From: Minisyncoccota bacterium
GTDB taxonomy: Bacteria; Patescibacteriota; Minisyncoccia; Phycocordibacterales; UBA9973
DNA length: 64,000 nucleotides
NCBI GenBank assembly: GCA_035353995.1
Contig: DAOQAL010000001.1
Location: 70,867 to 134,866 of the forward strand
Direction: 5' to 3'
Made by a program: the position numbers and the translations under genes. This document shows positions 1 to 7,327 of this stretch, piece after piece (the first letter of the stretch is position 1; every line of letters starts with the position of its first letter). Under the pieces are notes generated by a model. That model was not told the origin of the DNA, made no database searches, and saw only the letters and a list, made by a program, of their open reading frames with translations.

Positions 1-23
1 AAATAATGTATAATAGTTTTGAT

Positions 24-95
24 GCACCCGTAGTGAAATGGATATCATACCTGCCTTCGAAGCAGTTGTTGGGGGTTCGAATCCCTCCGGGTGCA
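24..95 (+). tRNA. tRNA-Arg(TCG)
   Basis: Acceptor GCACCCG/CGGGTGC, anticodon loop CTTCGAA, T-loop GGTTCGAATCC; TATAAT at 9-14 upstream; CCA not encoded. Confidence 0.93.
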
Positions 96-170
96 CATAC
101 AGAGTAAAATTTTATTTTTTGTCCTTTAAGAAAAAGAAGCATTAATAAATATACACTTTTTAACCAAAAC

Positions 171-179
171 TGTGGATAA
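171..179 (-). promoter_or_regulatory. DnaA box
   Basis: TGTGGATAA is the exact reverse complement of TTATCCACA. Confidence 0.5.
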
Positions 180-294
180 CTATGTTAACAATGTTTATAA
201 AGGACATCAAAAATTATTGTCTTTTAATCCAAATTTCTTAAAAATATGTTGTTAAATAAGGATATTTTATAAAAGACAGCATTTTTTATCAAAT

Positions 295-310
295 TGTTTC
301 ACGTGAAACG
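295..310. promoter_or_regulatory. parS site
   Basis: TGTTTCACGTGAAACG, 15/16 match to the parS palindrome TGTTTCACGTGAAACA; degenerate copies at 409-424 and 524-539. Confidence 0.8.
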
Positions 311-344
311 GTTTAGAGTATGTTATTCATGAAACTTATTCAAA

Positions 345-764
345 ATGCCAAAAAAATTTACATCTGAAACACAAAAAATAGGCGAAATAGGAGAGAATAT
401 AGCAACAAGGTTTCTTATGAAACATGGCTTTTCTATATTAGATAGAAATTACACAAGAAAGTGGGGAGAAATAGATATTATTACTGAGAAGTCTAATAAA
501 ATTCATTTCATTGAAGTAAAGAGCGTTTCTCGTGAAACTTTAGACAATATAATTATAAAGAAAAATGAAGAAAATGATTCATACAGACCCGAAGAAAATA
601 TGCATCCTTGGAAAATGAAAAGGATGTCAAGAACAATACAAACATATATTTTAAATAAAAAAATACCAGATGAAAAAGAATGGCAAGTTGATTTGCTCGT
701 TGTATATTTAGATATAAAAAATAAAAAAGCAAAAGTAAAAGTGGTGAATGATTTAATCTTGTGA
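345..764 (+). CDS. yraN: YraN (UPF0102) family endonuclease
   Basis: GEIGENIA...ILDRNY...GEIDII...FIEVK PD-(D/E)xK motif. Confidence 0.9.
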   Translation: MPKKFTSETQKIGEIGENIATRFLMKHGFSILDRNYTRKWGEIDIITEKSNKIHFIEVKSVSRETLDNIIIKKNEENDSYRPEENMHPWKMKRMSRTIQTYILNKKIPDEKEWQVDLLVVYLDIKNKKAKVKVVNDLIL

Positions 765-785
765 TATAATCACAAAAAGTTTTTT

Positions 786-856
786 CGGGCTGTAGTATAC
801 CGGTAGTACACGTGCTTTGGGAGCATGGAGACTGGGTTCGATTCCCAGCAGCCCGA
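786..856 (+). tRNA. tRNA-Pro(TGG)
   Basis: Acceptor CGGGCTG/CAGCCCG, anticodon loop TTTGGGA, GGTTCGATTCC. Confidence 0.95.
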
Positions 857-858
857 CA

Positions 859-895
859 TATAAAGTTAAGTGGGCTTGCTCACTTGGGCTTTATA
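859..895. repeat. Hairpin in the tRNA-Pro/tRNA-Gly spacer
   Basis: TATAAAGTT-AAGTGGGC-TT-GCTCACTT-G-GGCTTTATA imperfect inverted repeat. Confidence 0.6.
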
Positions 896-898
896 AAA

Positions 899-969
899 GC
901 GGGATTAGTTTAATGGTAAAATAACAGTTTTCCAAACTGTGGTTAGGAGTTCGATTCTCCTATCCCGCA
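899..969 (+). tRNA. tRNA-Gly(TCC)
   Basis: Acceptor GCGGGAT/ATCCCGC, anticodon stem ACAGT/ACTGT with loop TTTCCAA. Confidence 0.95.
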
Positions 970-970
970 C

Positions 971-1716
971 ATGGTAGCTTTTTTTATTCTTTTTGTAGTG
1001 TAATAATCGTAAGTCTAGTCTCTTTTATTGGCATTTTTTTTATAGCCTTAAGAGACGATATTTTAAAAAAATATGTTCATATATTAATTAGTCTAGCAGT
1101 TGGAGCTCTTTTAGGAGATGCTTTTATACATCTTATTCCAGAAACTCTACAAGATTTTTCAAATGAAACACTAGCAGGATTATTTATAATAATTGGAATT
1201 TTAATTTTTTTTACTCTGGAAAAATTTCTTCATTGGCACCATCACGGAGAAGATAGTGAAAAACCTCATGTTCATCCTGTAGGGAAATTAGTACTCTTCA
1301 CTGATGGAGTTCATAATTTTATTGATGGCGTTATTATTGGAGCAAGTTTTTTAGTAAGTGTACCAATAGGAATAGCAACTACTTTAACTGTGATTTTGCA
1401 TGAAATACCTCAAGAAGTAGGGGATTTTGCTGTATTAATACATTCTGGATACACAAAAAAGAGGGCATTGTGGCTTAATTTTGCATCTGCTTTAATGGCT
1501 GTTTTAGGAACTTTATTTATATTTGGTTTTGGTAAAATAGCACAAAATTCTGTTATTTGGTTTTTGCCAATTGCAGCAGGAGGATTTATATATATTGCTG
1601 TAGCAGATTTGATACCAGAATTACAAAAAACAAAACAAATAAAATACTCGATTATACAAATAATATCTGTGATAGCAGGAGTTGCATTGATTGCTCTATT
1701 AGGTTTTTTTGAATAA
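971..1716 (+). CDS. ZIP family metal (zinc) transporter; 5' end out of frame at a T7 run (979-985)
   Basis: The 1390..1716 frame stays open upstream to about 973 and encodes AVGALLGDAFIHLIPE, HWHHHG, DGVHNFIDG, LHEIPQEVGDF. The ATG at 971 joins this frame only if the T run has 8 T. Confidence 0.85.
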
Positions 1717-1732
1717 CAAATATAAACAAATA

Positions 1733-1757
1733 AAAAAATCCCATTACGGGATTTTTT
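1733..1757. terminator. Bidirectional intrinsic terminator
   Basis: AAAAAATCCC-ATTAC-GGGATTTTTT between convergent genes. Confidence 0.8.
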
Positions 1758-1774
1758 AGTTTGATTTTTTATTT

Positions 1775-2818
1775 TTATCTTGATGACCAGGACATTGGTG
1801 TCGCACCTCCAGGATTTTTTGCTCCATGAACTTCAAAGTGTATATGAGGACCTGTTGAATGACCAGTTGATCCAACATATCCTATTACTTGACCTTGAGA
1901 AACTTTTGAACCCATAGTTGTACCAAGTCTAGACATATGTGCATACAATGTCTGTGTTCCATTTGAATGTTGAATAATTACCATGTTTCCATAACCACCA
2001 TTGTATCCATTACGTGCAAATATAACTTTTCCTGAAGCAGAAGCAAGTATCTTTGTGCCAGTTGGTGCTGCTAAGTCAATACCATTTTTACCATGCAAGC
2101 CCTGACTTCTTCTTGAATAACCTGGAACAGGGTTAATAAAGTATCCGGCAACATTTTTAGTCGGTGTTTTTGTATAACTAGATTTTGTTTTTGGTTTTGA
2201 ACTTGAGCTTGAAGAGGTTGGTGTGCTCATTTCAGCATCAGGAATAATAAGTTCATTTCCAACTACTAATTGAGCATCTATAGAAATATCATTAAAGCCA
2301 GTTATATCAGAAACTTCTACTTGATATTTTGCAGCAATCTTTTTTAGAGTATCTCCTTTTGCAATAACATGTTTTACTCCATCTATAGGAAGAATAATCA
2401 AAACGTCACCTTCAGACAATTTATCACCCTTTTTCATATTATTTGCCCAAAGTATTGTATTTGCTGAGACTTTAAACATATCGGCTATTTGTCCAATAGA
2501 ATCACCTTTTCTAACAACATAAACACTTATTTCATCAAAAGATGCTTCTTCTTCTGTGCCGTCTGATACACCAGTAGGACTTGTATTTGGAACAAGAGCA
2601 TTATCAGATACTATATTTATATTAGTTGTATCAGTAGTTGAAGTGCTTTTTATATTGCTTTTTTCCTCTAAAACAGCCATTGAAGAAACACTTGCTTGCA
2701 GTAAATCCATGCTTTGAGAATTAATATTTGGGTCTATTTCTTGAGTATTTGTTGGGGTACTTGAACCAAATAGGCTAGCAAGTAAGTTAGCATTTGTATT
2801 CTTTGTAGGCACAAACAA
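1775..2818 (-). CDS. LysM-domain M23 family peptidoglycan endopeptidase (true start probably upstream, about 2860-2878)
   Basis: Two LysM repeats (YVVRKGDSIGQIA, HVIAKGDTLKKIA), M23 motifs HGKNGID, YAHM, STGPHIHFEV; the upstream frame encodes a signal-peptide-like IFSSLLTFSLLAGG. Confidence 0.92.
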   Translation of the reverse strand: MFVPTKNTNANLLASLFGSSTPTNTQEIDPNINSQSMDLLQASVSSMAVLEEKSNIKSTSTTDTTNINIVSDNALVPNTSPTGVSDGTEEEASFDEISVYVVRKGDSIGQIADMFKVSANTILWANNMKKGDKLSEGDVLIILPIDGVKHVIAKGDTLKKIAAKYQVEVSDITGFNDISIDAQLVVGNELIIPDAEMSTPTSSSSSSKPKTKSSYTKTPTKNVAGYFINPVPGYSRRSQGLHGKNGIDLAAPTGTKILASASGKVIFARNGYNGGYGNMVIIQHSNGTQTLYAHMSRLGTTMGSKVSQGQVIGYVGSTGHSTGPHIHFEVHGAKNPGGATPMSWSSR

Positions 2819-2972
2819 ACCACCCGCTAACAGGGAAAAGGTTAATAATGAGCTGAATATTTTATGTTGAGATTTAATAAAACAAACTAAATTATCGCAA
2901 GAATTCCTTTTCTACCCTTGGAAAATAAGGATAAAACACAAGACGACCAAAATGTACTACAAACAAAAGGTT

Positions 2973-3029
2973 CTTACGAAGGTTACAATCTTTTCGGCTT
3001 TCGGTCACAACTTACCCTACCTCTATTCA
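2973..3029 (-). promoter_or_regulatory. Candidate structured 5' leader resembling the 3' half of the c-di-AMP (ydaO) riboswitch
   Basis: TGAAT-AG-AGGTAGGGT...ACCGAA-AGCCG...TAACCTTCGTAAG in the leader of a cell-wall hydrolase; the 5' half is not evident. Confidence 0.35.
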
Positions 3030-3039
3030 GTATATACAC

Positions 3040-3067
3040 ATAGTATCATACGAGGACGTTCAGTCAA
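3040..3067 (-). promoter_or_regulatory. Sigma70-type promoter of the M23 gene
   Basis: TTGACT-N16-TACTAT with extended TG. Confidence 0.55.
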
Positions 3068-3216
3068 CCAATAGGTGGAAAACTTTGTTAATTGACACTT
3101 GATACTAAATATTTCCTAATATATATTTTAGTGGGGGAAAAAAATAAAAAATATCATAAAACAAAACCACCACAAAACAAAACCACTTAGAAGTATTTTT
3201 ATGTTAAGATTAACCG

Positions 3217-5172
3217 ATGGAAGAACACTTAAAAGGACTAAATAGTGCCCAAAGAGAAGCGGCAATCCACAAAAATGGACCTCTTCTTATTGTAGCTGGA
3301 GCTGGAGCCGGAAAAACAAAGACAATAACACATAGAATAGTGAATTTAATAAAAGAGGGCATTATGCCAGAAAAAATATTAGCTGTAACATTTACAAATA
3401 AAGCAGCAAAGGAAATGAAAGAAAGGGTTATTAAAGAAATAGAAAAAAATGCAAAAGAACAAAGTACTAGCCCATTTATATCAACATTCCACTCTTTAGG
3501 AGTCTATATAATAAAAGAAAATGCACAAATGTTAGGTCTTACGAAGCATTTTACTATTTTGGACGAAAACGATACTACTAGTTTAATAAAAGAGAGCATA
3601 AAAGAACTTGGTTTTGACCCAAAACAATACGATCCACGAAAAATAAAAAATATTATCAGCAGAGAAAAAGGAAAATTTACTAGATTACCTGAATATCAAG
3701 AAAAGGAAAATAATTCTTTTGGAAGAATTGTTGGACAAGTTTGGAGTCTTTATGAAAAGAAAAAAACAAAAGAGAATTCGCTTGATTTTGATGATTTACT
3801 TTTAAAAGCTGTAAAACTTTTAAAAGAAAATGAAGAAATAAAAAAGATTTACCAAAATAAATGGGAATATATTCATATTGATGAATATCAAGATACAAAT
3901 GAAGTGCAATATTTAATGTCACGTCTTCTTTCAGAAAAAAATAAAAATATTTGTGTAGTTGGGGATGCTGATCAAAATATTTATTCTTGGCGTGGAGCAA
4001 ATTTAAAAAATATTTTAAGTTTTGAAAAAGATTATCCTAATGCAAAAATAGTTCTACTTGAAGAAAATTATCGTTCTACTCAAAATATTCTAGAAGCTGC
4101 AAACGAGATAATTAAAAAAAATATTTATCGCCCAGAAAAAAACTTATTTACAAAAAATGAAGCTGGAGAAAAAATTTCTCTTTATGAAGCTATTGATGAA
4201 ACAGACGAAGCAGAATTTGTAGCAACAAAAGTTTTAGAAATTCTAGATCAAGTAGGAAACTTTCCTAATAAACCTGAAAAAGATTTTCCAGATATTGCAA
4301 TTTTATATCGCGCAAATTTCCAATCTAGAGCATTAGAAGAAGCAATGTTGCGATATACCATTCCATATCAAGTTCTTGGCATAAAATTTTTTGAAAGAAA
4401 AGAAATAAAAGATACTCTTGCATATCTTCGAGCTGCTCTTAACCCAGAGAGCTTGTCAGACATAAAAAGAATAATAAATTTTCCTACAAGAGGAATTGGA
4501 AAAGTAACTTTGTTAAAAATTTTCGCCGGACAAAAAGATAATTTGCCAGTAAAAATGAAAATCAAAATAGATAATTTTTATAAAACACTAGAAGAAATAG
4601 GAGAAAAAATAAAAAAAGAAAAAGCATCGGATATAATAAAATTTGTTGTAAAAAAATCAGGCATTGAAATGGAATTACAAAATGGAACTGCTGAAGACCT
4701 AGAAAGACTTGAAAATATAAAGGAATTAGCTACATTAGCAATTAAATATGATGGATTAGAAAATGGTGAAGGTATTGAAAAACTTTTAGAAGACGCATCA
4801 CTATCATCAGACCAAGATAGCTTGATGATTACAGAAAATAAAAAAGAAAACAAATCTGCAATAAAATTAATGACAGTACATGCATCGAAAGGATTAGAAT
4901 TTGAGTATGTATTTATTACTGGTTTAGAAGATGGGCTTTTTCCACACCAAAAAGAAAATAATAGCGAAGCAGAAGACAGAGAAGAAGAACGCAGGCTTTT
5001 CTATGTTGCACTTACTCGTGCAAAGAAAAAATTATTTTTATCTTTCGCAAACTATCGTACAATTTTTGGCTCACGACAAATAAATGCTCCATCTGAATTT
5101 ATAAACGACATACCAAAAGATTTAATAGAAAAGGGGGACGAGGACCCAAGAATAAAAACAATTTATATATGA
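3217..5172 (+). CDS. pcrA: UvrD/PcrA superfamily I DNA helicase
   Basis: AGAGAGKT, IDEYQDTN, VGDADQNIYSWRGA, LMTVHASKGLEF, EERRLFYVALTRA. Confidence 0.95.
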   Translation: MEEHLKGLNSAQREAAIHKNGPLLIVAGAGAGKTKTITHRIVNLIKEGIMPEKILAVTFTNKAAKEMKERVIKEIEKNAKEQSTSPFISTFHSLGVYIIKENAQMLGLTKHFTILDENDTTSLIKESIKELGFDPKQYDPRKIKNIISREKGKFTRLPEYQEKENNSFGRIVGQVWSLYEKKKTKENSLDFDDLLLKAVKLLKENEEIKKIYQNKWEYIHIDEYQDTNEVQYLMSRLLSEKNKNICVVGDADQNIYSWRGANLKNILSFEKDYPNAKIVLLEENYRSTQNILEAANEIIKKNIYRPEKNLFTKNEAGEKISLYEAIDETDEAEFVATKVLEILDQVGNFPNKPEKDFPDIAILYRANFQSRALEEAMLRYTIPYQVLGIKFFERKEIKDTLAYLRAALNPESLSDIKRIINFPTRGIGKVTLLKIFAGQKDNLPVKMKIKIDNFYKTLEEIGEKIKKEKASDIIKFVVKKSGIEMELQNGTAEDLERLENIKELATLAIKYDGLENGEGIEKLLEDASLSSDQDSLMITENKKENKSAIKLMTVHASKGLEFEYVFITGLEDGLFPHQKENNSEAEDREEERRLFYVALTRAKKKLFLSFANYRTIFGSRQINAPSEFINDIPKDLIEKGDEDPRIKTIYI

Positions 5173-5969
5173 TACATAAAGCAAAAAAATCTTTGGGACA
5201 AAATTTTTTAAAGTCTGAAACAATTTTAAAAAAGGTTGTTGAGACGGGAGAAATATCTGAAAATGATATCGTTTTAGAAATTGGACCTGGTAAAGGAACT
5301 TTGACAAAAAAACTTTTGGAAAAAGCAAAAATCGTTATTGCAATAGAAAAAGATCGTGAACTTTTTTCTTTCTTGCAAGAAAAATTTAAAAGCGAAATCT
5401 CTGAAAAGAAATTAATTCTTATCGAGGACGACATTTTAAAATTTGAAGCAGATAAAATTTTTTCAGATTCATCACAAAAATTTTGTAATCCATTAAACTA
5501 CAAAATTATTGCAAATATTCCATACAATATTACTGGAGCAATTTTAAAAAAATTTTTGGAAAATAAAAATCAACCAAGCATGATGGTACTAATGGTACAG
5601 CATGAAGTAGCGAGAAGAATCGTCGCAAACGATGGGAAAGAAAGTATTCTTTCTATCTCTGTCAAAGCCTATGGCACACCAAAACTTATTACAAAAGTTC
5701 CAGCACGGTATTTTTCTCCAGCACCAAAAGTTGATTCAGCAATAATATTAATAAAAAATATTTCAAAAAACTTTTTTACAAAAAATAAGATAGGAGAAGA
5801 AAGATTTTGGGAATTAGTTCGTACTGGTTTTGCTCATAAAAGAAAAAAACTTTCATCAAATTTGAAAAAAAATTCTAAAATAGACTTAGAAAAACTAGGT
5901 AATAAAAGAGCCGAAAACTTATCACTAGAAGATTGGAAAAATTTAATTAATTCTAAAAACTTTAATTAG
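5169..5969 (+). CDS. rsmA: 16S rRNA adenine dimethyltransferase
   Basis: KKSLGQNFL, LEIGPGKGTLT, ANIPYNIT, FSPAPKVDSA. Confidence 0.95.
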   Translation: MIHKAKKSLGQNFLKSETILKKVVETGEISENDIVLEIGPGKGTLTKKLLEKAKIVIAIEKDRELFSFLQEKFKSEISEKKLILIEDDILKFEADKIFSDSSQKFCNPLNYKIIANIPYNITGAILKKFLENKNQPSMMVLMVQHEVARRIVANDGKESILSISVKAYGTPKLITKVPARYFSPAPKVDSAIILIKNISKNFFTKNKIGEERFWELVRTGFAHKRKKLSSNLKKNSKIDLEKLGNKRAENLSLEDWKNLINSKNFN

Positions 5970-6330
5970 TACCAAACATACCAATAGTACCTTTAGTAAT
6001 AGGAAGCTCTGTACAAGGATCTCCAGTTATTAAACATTCACCACCTTGTGAATATTTACCAAGAATTACAGATCCTCCAGGAATCCCTGTCCCTGCTCTC
6101 TTCTCTGAGGCAGAAGAATAGAGATATGTTCCACTATAATCTGACGGACCAGTAACAGTTACTTGATAGCCATCACTACAAGTACAAGACTGAGTTGATA
6201 CTATCCTACCGCCAAACATAGAAAGTTCAGCACTTGTAGCAAAAACAATAGAAAAAGTAAATATTACTGTAAAAATTAAAATTACTACTAAAAAAATTCC
6301 CAAAATTTTATTTTTAAAAATACTTTCCAT
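5962..6330 (-). CDS. Small secreted Cys-rich hypothetical protein
   Basis: Likely start ATG 6330 preceded by TATAAT; signal peptide ending VFA; FGGRIV..CTCS, 4 Cys. Confidence 0.7.
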   Translation of the reverse strand: MESIFKNKILGIFLVVILIFTVIFTFSIVFATSAELSMFGGRIVSTQSCTCSDGYQVTVTGPSDYSGTYLYSSASEKRAGTGIPGGSVILGKYSQGGECLITGDPCTELPITKGTIGMFGTN

Positions 6331-6378
6331 AAAAATATTATAGCATAAAAAATAAATCAATGATAGAATACTAATATT

Positions 6379-7320
6379 ATGCACCTTGATGATAATTACA
6401 AAAAATATCTACCGAGTAAAAAGTTTGCTTATTCAATAGCTTCACTGCTTGCATGTGGTTTAATTGTTTTTTTAATTGCAAATTTACTTTCAAGTAAAAA
6501 TAGTTTTTTCTCTTCTAAAAAAGAAACCAAAATAAGTTTAGAAAACATGACAACAAATGAATTAATAACTCTTGATTCAGATGGAGACAGTATTCCAGAT
6601 TGGGAAGAAGCATTATGGGGAACAGATCCAAAAAATAAAAAAACATTTGATAATATTAATGACTCAGAATATATAGAAAATAAAAAAATAGAAAATGGTA
6701 TAAAACCATCCGAAGATGATGGAACTTTAACAGAAACTGATAAATTTGCTAGAGAATTTTTTGCTACTTATATGGCAATGAAAACAACTGGACAGATAGA
6801 TGATAAGGCTATTACTGAATTCTCAACAGCATTAGGGCAAAATATAGCTGAAAATTCTGTTATCGATGAATATTCAAAAGAAAATATACAAATTACAAAA
6901 AGTGATACAGCAGAAGACCAAAAAAGCTATTATATTAAAGCTGGAAGCCTATTTGAACAATATAAAGAAAAAGGAATAGGAGGTGAACTTCAAATAACTG
7001 CAGCTATAGCAAACTCTAGAGAATCTAGTGATATAGAAAAATCGGAAAATTATCTATTAGAAATTTCTAATGCATATCAAGAATTTGCAAAAAAATTGGT
7101 TAATGTACCAGTGCCAGAAAGTTTGACTGATTATCATCTTCAAATAATTAATAATGCAAACAATACAGGAATTTCTATTATTAATATGGCAAAAATTATT
7201 TCAGATCCAATTGTTGGAGTCTCTGGACTTTCTCAATATCAAAAATATAGTAATTCATTAGTAGAATCTGTGGAAAGTTTAGAGAGTTTTTTATCAAAAA
7301 ATGGTATAATACCCGAGTAG
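6379..7320 (+). CDS. Membrane-anchored protein with a DxDxDG calcium-binding (thrombospondin type 3-like) motif
   Basis: N-terminal TM helix; DSDGDSIPDWEEALWGTDP. Confidence 0.75.
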   Translation: MHLDDNYKKYLPSKKFAYSIASLLACGLIVFLIANLLSSKNSFFSSKKETKISLENMTTNELITLDSDGDSIPDWEEALWGTDPKNKKTFDNINDSEYIENKKIENGIKPSEDDGTLTETDKFAREFFATYMAMKTTGQIDDKAITEFSTALGQNIAENSVIDEYSKENIQITKSDTAEDQKSYYIKAGSLFEQYKEKGIGGELQITAAIANSRESSDIEKSENYLLEISNAYQEFAKKLVNVPVPESLTDYHLQIINNANNTGISIINMAKIISDPIVGVSGLSQYQKYSNSLVESVESLESFLSKNGIIPE

Positions 7321-7327
7321 TATATAT

